From Lytechinus pictus (taxonomy: Eukaryota): a stretch of 64,000 nt of DNA. Both the position numbers and the translations under genes were made by a program. Under the pieces are notes generated by a model. The model was not told where the DNA came from. It saw only the letters and a list, made by a program, of their open reading frames with translations, and did not search any database. Of the stretch, positions 48,143 to 59,570 are shown one piece after another; positions within the stretch are counted from its first letter, which is position 1; every line of letters starts with the position of its first letter. The stretch covers positions 21,886,001-21,950,000 of the forward strand of contig NC_087248.1 of NCBI RefSeq assembly GCF_037042905.1, given 5' to 3'.

Positions 48143-48819
48143 ATGAAATATACTGAACAGAAGCTTTATTTCAAAACCATGCCTTACAGGGGAAGTGAAC
48201 TGCATGTTGCCTCTTATTGACTGTCTTATAAATGGCTAATCTTCAAATATAACTATTGTGATAACTATTAGTAATACAAAGGATAAATTAGCCTATAATT
48301 TTATCGTAATAGCTAAACTAAAATGTTTTTTAGAAGAAAGGTACCTGTTTTGCTTCTTGGTAACATAATTATAATGATATGCATGTATTGAGCAGTGAAT
48401 TAATGTGTTGCCATTAAAATGGGCCTGAATCACAAGACTATATTGTGCAGAATGTTGCATTATGGGTAATAAACCTGGCCAGATATGAGTGGTTGAAGAC
48501 TTGAGGTGGGGCTATTAAATTAAGGTTAGTAACTGGTTTGTTTGCCCTTTAAACCTACATGTATGGTTTAGCTATCGATTGGTAGACAAATATGGCAAAA
48601 CTGCATCCTTGTACTTTTTGTTTATTCCATTTGGCCATCAAATATATTGTTGTAGACATGAGTGACAATAATCTTGTACAAAGCATTTTTTTCTTTCAAG
48701 TTGTGAAAAGGACCAAAATTATCAAATGCATGTCTTAAGACTATCCCTTTCCCTATTCTTGTCTGAATTTGTTCAACTGGTATCTTGTTTAGAAAGTAAA
48801 AAAAAATAATTAGGCATTT

Positions 48820-49098
48820 ATAATTGCGTATTTAGCACTTAACATTTACTTTATCAGAAGTCTCTAAGCACTCTACAGTAATGTAGCATAATTATTACCT
48901 TGGCTTTAGCAGAGCAGCTTTAACGCACGCTGCGTTTCAAGGAATAAATTCCTACCAGGTACCCATTCACCTCACCTGGGTTGAGTGCAGCACAATGTGG
49001 ATAAATTTCTTGCTGAAGGAAAACACATCATTGTTTGGAAACAAACCCACGTCCCTCAGATTGAAAGATGATAGTAATAACCACTAGACCATGACGCC
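48820..49098 (-). mobile_element. tRNA-derived SINE (decayed head) with a Deu/Nin-type central block
   Basis: Head ggcgtcatggtctagtgg (A box) and degenerate B box gggtttgtttcc. Centre ctcaacccaggtgaggtgaatgggtacc. LINE-like tail agtgcttagagac...taagtgcta. Confidence 0.72.
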
Positions 49099-49899
49099 AT
49101 CATTTAGTCAAGGTCGATCTAGACCGGTGAATGGAAGTTATTTTATGGTATTTTAACTTCATGATATGAGTGAGTAATATGAATGATCCTTGTGCATAGA
49201 GAAAAACCAATATTGCATTGATAATTGATCGGTTTATTAATAATGCACCAATAAGGAATGATTGTTTTGCTTTTATATTGGACTGTTTGTTGACTATATT
49301 TTAGATGTGGCCTTGGTTAATGGTTATTGCCATTTCACAAGGTTCAGTTTGATTATTTTAGCCGTAGTAAGCACATGAGGGTATTGTTGGGTTGGGTTTA
49401 TTGAAATATGAAACATGTGTAGATGTATAACATACGGTTTATATTTATTGGATTTTGGTTTGGGTTATGGAATGTCGATAAATGAATAATTCTGTGACTG
49501 TCTATTCCCCCTTTTTTAATTCAAGGGAGGGCTGGAATTATATCAGTGGTTTATTATCTTTTTTTTCTTTGAAAACTATATCAAAACCAGAACAAGTATG
49601 TACAATACATACCTGTATATGTTATATATATCAGTGGTAAGATACAAAAAGTATAATAATTTTTGTGCATTATCAATGCTTTACGGCTCAGTATTTTGTG
49701 TTAAAAGTATTTGATCCTCAAAACTAGGCCTTGTTGAGTTTCGCACAAGCCTAAATTCTGTGACATCATTGTATGAACAAACTTGTAGTCGTATTCCTAT
49801 GTGTATATTTTGATTGTATTTTTGTTTTCCAGATTACTAATTTGGAATTAAAAAGAAATTACATAGAAAGGTATAATCAGAGGTATCTCCTGCTTTAAT

Positions 49900-50115
49900 T
49901 GGTGAAATTGGTGGGGATTTTTTTACCTGATTGCTGAGAAAGCATGAATGCTTGTAAGCGAGCAACCAGAGGACCGACAGCTTAAGGTCCTCTCCAAAGG
50001 ACCTGGTAGGGAGGATTAATGCCTTACCAAAGGTTACTAGCGCACCAAGTGGGAATCGAACCCGGGTCACCGGAATACGAATCCCCCGCTCTAACGACTG
50101 AGCCATCGCGCCTCC
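49900..50115 (-). mobile_element. tRNA-derived SINE
   Basis: A box tggctcagtcg and B box gggttcgattccc, followed by a non-tRNA body (cctttggtaaggcatt...) and an A-rich end. Confidence 0.8.
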
Positions 50116-51039
50116 TACAGGTCTTGATCATATATTTGCTCAAGCAAATACCAACTTATATGCTGTATGTATGAATGAAACTTGCAAAATATGTGTTGTA
50201 GCTTATTACCTTTCTTTTAATGGAAATTTAATTTTCACTCAAAAATAATATGACTTACCCCCCCCCCCCCCACCCCGCCATTCTCTGGGGGAAAAATCAT
50301 TGATTGATGTTGCTTTAATATTGATATTACCATTCAAATACATAACTATGTCTGATTCTGACCTATAAAGCCAGGATTAGTTCTCAGATATATTTTGCTT
50401 TCTTTCATCATTGTCAATACATTACATACATGTACATGCATTGCACACCATGTATGTTGTTAATTTTGATTTTTAATTATATTTCTTTTGATTGATTTCC
50501 TTGTTTGTATATTATTAGTGTTACATATTTTATGCTGAAACATAATAATAAACCTTGTACAGTATACCGATCCATCTGTGGATGAGGGGAATTCTTTTTC
50601 CTTGTAAAATATATTAATTGTCAATATATACTTCTATATTTAATTCATAATGATAAGCATTGCTGTAAAGTATCAGAGAAAACATTGCAATATGGGTTGT
50701 AATAATAAATGCATCAATATATCATTTCATGTCCATGTTAAAGACTTATTTTGAGATTTATGTCATGTATGTGATGGTGATAATAGACTTTCATATTTAA
50801 CGTGGAGTAGTGTGCTAGTGGTCGTATAAGCTCAAATTGCGACAGTGAATACTTTTGCTCATCTTGCGTGTCAATTATTCTGAAACGAATATCTTGAATG
50901 AGTTGAAAATTTTAATCCCCAATCCTTATAGCATTCTGTAATTTGCCAATTTACAGAATGCTGCAAGGATTAGGGATTTTAATTAATGAATGAACAAAAA
51001 TTGAGAAAGATATCTGATTAAAAGGTGTTAGGGGAAAGC

Positions 51040-52690
51040 GTGAATAGAAGAAAAAAGTGATGGATAGAGATAAAATAAAAGATGGATGAGGGTGTGGAGT
51101 CTAAGGATAAATGGGTGAATAGGAGAAAGTGAACGAATGGATGAATCCGAGAAGAGATCAAAGGATGAATAATCAATNNNNNNNNNNNNNNNNNNNNNNN
51201 NNNNNNNNNNNNNNNNNNNNNNNNNNNNNNNNNNNNNNNNNNNNNNNNNNNNNNNNNNNNNNNNNNNNNNNNNNNNNNNNNNNNNNNNNNNNNNNNNNNN
51301 NNNNNNNNNNNNNNNNNNNNNNNNNNNNNNNNNNNNNNNNNNNNNNNNNNNNNNNNNNNNNNNNNNNNNNNNNNNNNNNNNNNNNNNNNNNNNNNNNNNN
51401 NNNNNNNNNNNNNNNNNNNNNNNNNNNNNNNNNNNNNNNNNNNNNNNNNNNNNNNNNNNNNNNNNNNNNNNNNNNNNNNNNNNNNNNNNNNNNNNNNNNN
51501 NNNNNNNNNNNNNNNNNNNNNNNNNNNNNNNNNNNNNNNNNNNNNNNNNNNNNNNNNNNNNNNNNNNNNGGTAGAGAGAGAGAGATTGACTTTATGGACT
51601 AGATGGATGGAAAGATTGAATATTAATGACAAAAGTAAAATGATGGAAGAATGAAGAAGACATCAATGGATCAAGTGGAGAAGGATCGAGGTGGATGGAT
51701 AGATACATGGATTTATGAATAGAACTGAGAAAGTGGATTGATGGATGGAAAGATGATGGGGTGGACTGATAGATGAATGGAGGGACTCAGCGAATGTATG
51801 AATTAGAAAAGAAATGAATGGATGAAGTAGGGAATGGACAGATAATGGATATATGAATCGAGAGCCTGGATGGATGACCTACAGAAGGGATCAATGGATN
51901 NNNNNNNNNNNNNNNNNNNNNNNNNNNNNNNNNNNNNNNNNNNNNNNNNNNNNNNNNNNNNNNNNNNNNNNNNNNNNNNNNNNNNNNNNNNNNNNNNNNN
52001 NNNNNNNNNNNNNNNNNNNNNNNNNNNNNNNNNNNNNNNNNNNNNNNNNNNNNNNNNNNNNNNNNNNNNNNNNNNNNNNNNNNNNNNNNNNNNNNNNNNN
52101 NNNNNNNNNNNNNNNNNNNNNNNNNNNNNNNNNNNNNNNNNNNNNNNNNNNNNNNNNNNNNNNNNNNNNNNNNNNNNNNNNNNNNNNNNNNNNNNNNNNN
52201 NNNNNNNNNNNNNNNNNNNNNNNNNNNNNNNNNNNNNNNNNNNNNNNNNNNNNNNNNNNNNNNNNNNNNNNNNNNNNNNNNNNNNNNNNNNNNNNNNNNN
52301 NNNNNNNNNNNNNNNNNNNNNNNNNNNNNNNNNNNNNNNNNNNNNNNNNNNNNNNNNNNNNNNNNNNNNNNNNNNNNNNNNNNNNNNNNNNNNNNNNNNN
52401 NNNNNNNNNNNNNNNNNNNNNNNNNNNNNNNNNNNNNNNNNNNNNNNNNNNNNNNNNNNNNNNNNNNNNNNNNNNNNNNNNNNNNNNNNNNNNNNNNNNN
52501 NNNNNNNNNNNNNNNNNNNNNNNNNNNNNNNNNNNNNNNNNNNNNNNNNNNNNNNNNNNNNNNNNNNNNNNNNNNNNNNNNNNNNNNNNNNNNNNNNNNN
52601 NNNNNNNNNNNNNNNNNNNNNNNNNNNNNNNNNNNGGGTGGAAGGGGGAACGGACGGACGGTTGGCCGGTGGGTGGATGGATGCATGCAT
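51040..52690. repeat. Degenerate (GGAT/GAAT)n purine-rich simple repeat spanning two gaps
   Basis: Visible segments are dominated by ggat/gaat/agat units. Confidence 0.8.
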
Positions 52691-53943
52691 GCATAAACTG
52701 GAGAAGGGTAAATTTTGATGAAGAGGGAAAAGAAGCAATAAGAAGTGAAAAGGGTCATATACTGTGTTATGTGAGAAGAGTGTTATTAACCCCCTGAAAC
52801 TGACTGTGTTTCATGAAATCAGCTTTTAAAATGGGCGTGATTATAAGGGCAAAAGATAGAGGTTTGACTTGAGGACGTCTAGAAGAGAGTTCCTTTTGCT
52901 TTGTTTTCTTTATATACTATTTCTTTTAATCAATTTCCAGCCAAGCATCAAAAGGCAATATAATGATCCAATGAAATTACACACTAAATTGTAGGGATTT
53001 AAAGTAAATCCACGTAGATAATAGTTAGGGATCAATCGAATTCTGGAATTATTTTTAATCCTAAACTTCATTTTTAAAGGATTTAAATTAAAATTCCTAA
53101 CTAACTTTAAAATATTTTTAGGATTAAAATTAAATCTATAATACGATTGGTATACCTAACTACAGACCACCTGGATTTATTTTAAATCCCTGCAATTTAG
53201 AGTGGGAGACCCACCTCCCCCCCCCCCCAAAAAAAAAAAGTGTGCAAACCAGCCAACAGAATATTGGTGTGAGCACAAAAAGAACTGATTACAAACAACT
53301 CTGTTTCTATCAAAGCATCTCTGACTATATCTGCCGATATAATCAGTCCAATCATTAAAAACTCATAGGGAAAACATACGCGTAATTAGAAAAAATGCAA
53401 ATGAGTAGTGAATAAATGGGNNNNNNNNNNNNNNNNNNNNNNNNNNNNNNNNNNNNNNNNNNNNNNNNNNNNNNNNNNNNNNNNNNNNNNNNNNNNNNNN
53501 NNNNNNNNNNNNNNNNNNNNNNNNNNNNNNNNNNNNNNNNNNNNNNNNNNNNNNNNNNNNNNNNNNNNNNNNNNNNNNNNNNNNNNNNNNNNNNNNNNNN
53601 NNTACAATGTAAAAGAATACACAGATAATGTATAAATATATGAAAACACAAGTAAATAATGAACATACAAAGGTGTTGCAACATAAGCTAAAAGCTTGAT
53701 TGGTTTAAGCACCTTTAAACTGGTTTTGCATCCAAGAAAACAAAATAAAAATGTAAGAATAAGGAAGAGAGGAAAGAAAGAGAAGAATGTAAAAGTGATA
53801 GACTGCCGAGATATAACAATTAAGTTTTAAATTGTTATGAATATATGGTAGAGTAATTCAACAAAGTTAAATTCTTAATCTTCAGTTACGAATAAGAGAA
53901 AGAAAGAAGATTTAATTACTTACATGTATACGTTACTAGCAGT

Positions 53944-54345
53944 TTACACATTCTGTAATTTTGAAAGGAGATTGTGCTTTACAGCCAATTTAAAAGAATG
54001 TGAGGTTTTCAAATTTCGAATATTATGTGGAAGAGAATTCCAAACATCTGAACCACGGTGTCTGATTGATTTATGAGCTAATGCGGTGCGGGGATTAACC
54101 AAATGTATGTTCGATGACTGTCTTGTGCTATATGAATGGACAGTGCTGTTAGGCTGAAACATTGAAGAAAATGAGTCAGGCAGCATATTGGCATTAAAAC
54201 GGAACATAAATAAGGCAGTTTGCAAAAAATTTATATCTTCTACCTTCAAACACTTCAGCTTTACAAATAAGGGATTTGTATGGTCTCTGTAACCAGACCC
54301 AGTACATGTGCGAACTGCTTTCTTTTGCAGGAGAAATATATTGGT
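53944..54345 (-). mobile_element. 5'-truncated LINE (CR1/L2/Crack group), ORF2 C-terminus
   Basis: LQKKAVR...HTNPLF.KLK.LKVEDI...HSYSTR...SIRHRG..VWNSLP..IR....FK is the typical post-RT C-terminal region. AT-rich 3' UTR runs toward the gap at 53602. Confidence 0.88.
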
Positions 54346-55316
54346 AGTTGACACTTTTGGTAACAAAAAGGAAACTTGGATGAAAAAGTAAACGCAAGAA
54401 AAGGGACAATTACTCTTACTTTTATATCCTAAGAATATGTTTCAATGAATTGAGTATCAACAATCTCTCTTCATCCACCCTTGATCTTTTCTGCTTTTCT
54501 CCGCTTTCACTCCCTGATAATGTAATCTTTTCAAGCAGCCGCCCGAGGTTCTTTTTTTTTGGGGGGGGGGGGGGTGATTCCTTGATAGGGGGCAAACGTC
54601 CTAAAAATTTGACGTCATATTTTTTTTCATTAATTGAATATAGGAGTATTATAGAGTTACATGGCCACGGACTCTCCTTTTTGCTCTTTTTCCCACTTAT
54701 TTTTCGCCCTATATACTTGAAAAATCCCAGAGGATGGTGTGGTGCCGCGCCCTTGTCCGTTCCCTAATTCTCTTTTTATATTACTTCATCCATACGCGCA
54801 CCCCCCCCCCTTCTTTTTTCTACTGTCTCTACTAAACTTTTGCTCTCATCAATCTTTATTTTTCATGCTATATAGCTGCTTGAATACCTCACCAGCCAAA
54901 ACTAGAATATTGTGTTCGTATCAATCATATTAAAGATGAAGAGGAGTTTGCGCGTCAATCGATCATTATCTAATATTACGTAATGCATTGCAATGTCCCG
55001 GAAACAACGGTGTATACAGTTGTATGCTAATTGGTCCCGAGTGAATGCCCCCAAACCCTTATTAAATTACTAATTACATTCACTGCCGCTATAGCTTCGT
55101 ACTTACAATGTCCTATTTTATCATAATACACAGAGAACCACACTTCCCTGGTACATGGTTTGAAGGAATACAGTATGATTGACAAATTTACAGAATCAAA
55201 ACAAACGAGTTGATCCCTGAACGCTGAGCACTTGGCACAGTTACGGTAAACCCGTCAATGCAAAAACCACAATGTCGTGCGCAAAAGATAAGCCCGAGTT
55301 GTTTACTCGCAGCTCT

Positions 55317-55403
55317 ATGCAAATTTGCAATTACATCATCTTGGTCCAATCACCGAGCCTGATAATTTACACTGTCGAGGCTTGGTCCAATGACAGACCT
55401 TGA
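55317..55403 (+). promoter_or_regulatory. Putative HECA proximal promoter: octamer plus two CCAAT boxes
   Basis: ATGCAAAT at 55317-55324. Direct repeat cttggtCCAATcac / cttggtCCAATgac at 55340 and 55381, 200-290 bp upstream of the ORF. Confidence 0.5.
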
Positions 55404-55587
55404 ACCAAATATGCTAAAAGACGATCTGGGCACCGAGACACGCCTCCAGCGGACCCCAAATATCCAAACAATCATCTCGAAAGCGTGAGACGAACCTCAT
55501 GTGCATTTGTTTACATCATAAATTGGACTGAATTTTGGGATTTATCAATACCCCGTTACAACCATTCTGTGTAAAATGTAATCGTCT

Positions 55588-57492
55588 ATGTTTTGTCGGA
55601 CAGCCATGCCGTTCTCTCGCGATGATAAACAGCATAGAGCCGACCAATTTCGCCAGCAAGTAGAAGAACAGCTGGATGAGCAAGATGCTGGCGATGGTGA
55701 TGGCGAAGTAAACAACAATGAACACGAGGAGCCATGTTGTGTTCCGTTGAGTTGCACTGAAGGCGAATCTGTGCATACGGACGATCCGGATGACTGTCAA
55801 AAAGTTGTCTGCAACAATCCGGAGTGCACACAGGGGAAATACATGCATAAGATTTGCTTTGATATATGGGAGGATGAAGTTCTAACATATCTGCGATCGT
55901 CTGGTCGGGCGAGAAGCTGGTCGGAAAAGCAGCGTCGCCAGAATTTGTGGACAAAGAAAGGCTACGACTTGGCGTGGAAAGCATGCTCGTGCAAGTGTGG
56001 CAAGGGTCATCTACGGAAGGACCTGGAATGGATACCGCCGAAGCTCCCCGAGGGTGCTGCTGCTGAGAATGCCCAGCAACGTAGACATCGACGCCGCAAG
56101 AAGTCCAATGAGAAACCAACCATTGGCCGAGCTAATTCGATCAGTTCAAGTTCTGGAAATGGCAATGGAAATGGCAATGGGAATGGAAATGGCCACGGAA
56201 ATGGACACGGTAGACTGCGACACACATCAGCTTCGTCAACAGCATCGACCGAAAGCAACCACACTCCACCACAAAGTCCAAGTGTTTATCAACCAGGCAG
56301 CAAAAACCAACGTTTTCCACCACAGATAGCAGTGGTTTCGAATCCACCTACCAGTACCGTTTCTGCTGCCACAGCTGCAACTTCTAGCCACCCAGCAACA
56401 CCTACCACAACAGCAACATCGACTGCAAGTTCAACAGCATCCGCTGTAACCCCAACATCGGTGAGCCACAGCACACAGTCACAGAGCCATGATAATTGGA
56501 ATAAGCGGCAACATGGTGGAAGCAGTGGCGGAAAAATCCAGAATCAACCCCATCATTTTGTATCTCCGATGCCACAGCAGCAGTATCAGGGGCCACAATC
56601 TCATCACGACTACCATGGGCCACCACTGAGTATGGCCCATCACCAACAGGGTGGCAACAGGCAGGCCCAACCTACCAACAGATCACCACAATTTCATCAC
56701 GGTGGACCACCTGACTTTCGACCGCAGGGAGAGAGGTCTGGCAACATGCAAGCTGCCCTCAACACCAACTTCTTCAGCAGCAATGTCTACTGGAATCCCA
56801 CTACGGATAACATGCCTCCTCCTGGCAGCAGTTCAAATAGCAGTGGCAGTGGCGGAACTGGTACACGAGGTTTCTTACCACGTTTGGATCTGTCTGCCTT
56901 CTACCAGGTGTTGCCGGCACACAAGCTCAACTCGTACCACATCAAGATGGAAGAGGACAGTCAGCCGGAGTCCGAGGAGATACGCTCCTTCATATTCGCG
57001 ACTCTCAATATACATGGCACCCGTGTCATTCCATGTTCCGTGTGTACGAGGAAGCTTCCCGTCTTTGATCGCTATCCTCTGATCGATGGCACATTCTATC
57101 TTACTCCGCAACGACAGGGCGATGGTAACAAGGGTCTACAAGTTGGTCTCCAGAGCTCCCAGTACCTGAATGCTGTCTGCATGCAGTGCTTAGAGGGTGT
57201 TCAGCGGATCGTCTGCCGTATATGCAAGTCGCGTTGGGATGGTAGTCATCACCAGCTGGGGACGCTCTACTCCTACGACATCTTCGCAGCCTACCCCTGC
57301 TGCCCGGGGAGGGCGGGATGCAAGCGGTGCGGCAAGCCAGTCATCGACCCCACCCGCGGCACGCACTTCTTCAGCGAGTACTCAAGGAGTATACAATGCC
57401 CCCACTGCGGCGTTCCCGACTTCCACTTTGTGAAACCGCTGAGCAGTTACGAGGTCCACTCCAATTCTGTACAATCGATCAATGTATGTTAA
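55588..57492 (+). CDS. HECA: Headcase protein homolog, single uninterrupted ORF (634 aa; 628 aa from the stronger GCC-ATG at 55606)
   Basis: N-terminal domain CNN..C....MH..CF..WE...GRARSWSEKQRRQNLWTKKGYDLA.KACSC.CG.GHLRKD. C-terminal domain HKLNSYHIKMEED...FDRYPLIDGTFYL...WDGS..QLGTLYSYDIFAA.PCC...FFSEYS....CPHCG..DFHFVKP. The low-complexity GN/S/T/Q linker lies between them. Confidence 0.96.
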   Translation: MFCRTAMPFSRDDKQHRADQFRQQVEEQLDEQDAGDGDGEVNNNEHEEPCCVPLSCTEGESVHTDDPDDCQKVVCNNPECTQGKYMHKICFDIWEDEVLTYLRSSGRARSWSEKQRRQNLWTKKGYDLAWKACSCKCGKGHLRKDLEWIPPKLPEGAAAENAQQRRHRRRKKSNEKPTIGRANSISSSSGNGNGNGNGNGNGHGNGHGRLRHTSASSTASTESNHTPPQSPSVYQPGSKNQRFPPQIAVVSNPPTSTVSAATAATSSHPATPTTTATSTASSTASAVTPTSVSHSTQSQSHDNWNKRQHGGSSGGKIQNQPHHFVSPMPQQQYQGPQSHHDYHGPPLSMAHHQQGGNRQAQPTNRSPQFHHGGPPDFRPQGERSGNMQAALNTNFFSSNVYWNPTTDNMPPPGSSSNSSGSGGTGTRGFLPRLDLSAFYQVLPAHKLNSYHIKMEEDSQPESEEIRSFIFATLNIHGTRVIPCSVCTRKLPVFDRYPLIDGTFYLTPQRQGDGNKGLQVGLQSSQYLNAVCMQCLEGVQRIVCRICKSRWDGSHHQLGTLYSYDIFAAYPCCPGRAGCKRCGKPVIDPTRGTHFFSEYSRSIQCPHCGVPDFHFVKPLSSYEVHSNSVQSINVC

Positions 57493-58110
57493 CCACTTGA
57501 TCGCTTTATAGAAGAGTACTGATTCAGTGTACATGTAAGCATACTCCAGCGGAAAGCAAGGATTTTGAATCGCATTATTATGGCAAAATCTTAGACCGAT
57601 TTGAACTCTCTCGAGCCTGATACGGTGTTATATTTTCTGACCTTTTCATACATAGTTTGTTTTCTTATCTTCTCAGTTTTAAAACTTAGTATCTTGTTTG
57701 ATATCTATATTTTTTGAAAGCATGGTAATTGAACTTATCGAGATGCTTTGTTTGAAGCATAGATTTTGTTCCTATACAAAGCAGTTCATACATACGTGTA
57801 AAGCATTTATCAATATAGATGTTTTTGTATTTAATCAAGTATAATCAATTTGTAAATTGTTGATCACATACATACATGTTTACATTGTATTTGATAGTGT
57901 GCTCTATCAGTAATGATCAGTTGATACAAAAGACGACTGATGGTAATTGTATCATTGATTTTCATGCTTTCTGCTGAGTTGCCAAGATTTAGGATATGCC
58001 CAATATCAAAATTGGCAGGCATTCAGTTGGCAAAATTAGCAATTTCTCTGTTTGATCATGTGCTCTAGGTATATGAAATTACTCTCAGCATACCGGTAAT
58101 AGGTCTCCTG

Positions 58111-58255
58111 GGGCCTGTTGCAGAAAGAGTTGCAATCAAACGCAACTCAAAAAATCTGTCGCATCTTGATTTTCAGCCAATGAAGCACACGCAATGGGGA
58201 CTTGTGCTTGATATTTTGACTTGCGTTTAAACGCAACTCTTTCTGCAGCAGGCCC
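58111..58255. mobile_element. Harbinger-like MITE, CTG TSD
   Basis: gggcctgttgcagaaagagttgc / gcaactctttctgcagcaggccc with CTG on both flanks. Confidence 0.82.
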
Positions 58256-58450
58256 CTGAAAGGAAAAATACTTAACTTAAACAACAATAAACAATTGGTT
58301 TTTTAAAAGTCTCAGTAAGTTGTTCATTTTGGGAGTACGTAAAGGTTCATCTATGAATAGTGAAGCACCAAATCAATAATGTTGCAAGTGTAGAAATTAT
58401 TAGTGAAATGCATTTCCTGATTGAATTATTTTAAAGGAAAATTACTCCAG

Positions 58451-58703
58451 GGCCCCATCTTACAATAGTTACAATTGATCCGATCTAACTCAACTGTATG
58501 GAAATCCATTGATGTCATAATTTCTGTCTACAAGGAATTTGTACAGTGTCCTTTGTAAACAAAGAGAAGCACACTGAATTTTTCAAGAAATCAATGAATG
58601 TGATATCTAAAAACTGTTGCGAGTAAACATGCATTTTAGATGTTGATGGCTTTCCATAGTTATGTTTGACCAGATCAATTGCAACTCTATGTAAGATGGG
58701 GCC
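58451..58703. mobile_element. Harbinger-like MITE
   Basis: TIRs ggccccatcttaca / tgtaagatggggcc. Confidence 0.72.
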
Positions 58704-58976
58704 TACAATAGGTCACTTCCAATGTGGAAAGACAGAGAACATGTTTTATTTGTTGTTCAGACTGACAAGTGCAAGTAATTTCTTTAATTATTTCCATTTT
58801 AGTGAGTCAGACTTGAGCGGTTGGCCTCTTTTCTGTTTTGCGGACTGACACATTGATTACGCTTTCAACAACTTACATGTAGTCATTCAATGTGAAGAGA
58901 ATTCATTGATTCAAGATTAAGGCAGAGGCTTTGATGTTTCTTTCCTTGCAAACCTAGTAAAGGGGTCTTCCATTAA

Positions 58977-59570
58977 AGGGGAATTCAGCCTTGGCCATAA
59001 AATGTTGTGTTGGGAAGGAGAAAAATAAATTAAACAGAATAGTGAAAGTTTGAAAGAAATCGTACAAGCAATAAGAAAGTTATAGCTGCTTTAAAATTGA
59101 GGTCACTAATACTATGTAGATTTCAAATTGGCAACTAGGTATTACAATGTATGACAAGGGGCAAGGACAACTTTCCCATAGGCCATGTATTGTTATCAGG
59201 GATTTTTGGTTTTCTCCTAAGTACCCATTCCCCTGGTGCAGTAATCTAAATATAACACAGGAAGTATATTGTTTTATGTCCTCATGAAAGAAAAATATAA
59301 TTTGCAATAAAACTTTTGGGAAAAATGACATTTTAGCCATAATATGTATTGGAGTACATGGAAGAGTAGTCCTTGCCTTACATCACTATGACATCCCATA
59401 TGCGGCCAATTTTAAGTCTCCATGGGTATAGTGATTACCAATATTTACAACTTTAAAAAATTCATAACTTTCTTGTTGTTTGTCCAATATTGTTCAAACT
59501 TTCACCTATAAACTTGTCTGATTTTTCTTTTCCTTATACAAACAAGTTTTTATTTGGGTTGGATTCCCCT
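58977..59570. mobile_element. MITE family B, copy 3
   Basis: Colinear with 10905-11499. TTAA on both sides. Confidence 0.88.

Noticed and set aside
50040-50115. Genuine tRNA gene (CGT anticodon-like loop)
   Set aside because: Acceptor stem pairs poorly, no terminator follows, and it runs into a SINE body.
51018-53712. Long ORFs of 150-320 aa in the ORF track
   Set aside because: Artefacts of N-gaps and simple repeats.
55516-57500. Overlapping alternative-frame and antisense ORFs
   Set aside because: Shadows of the GC-rich HECA coding sequence.
57490-57522. Stop-codon readthrough of headcase as in Drosophila hdc
   Set aside because: Only 9 codons (PLDRFIEEY) follow the TAA before a TGA, and I see no strong downstream hairpin.
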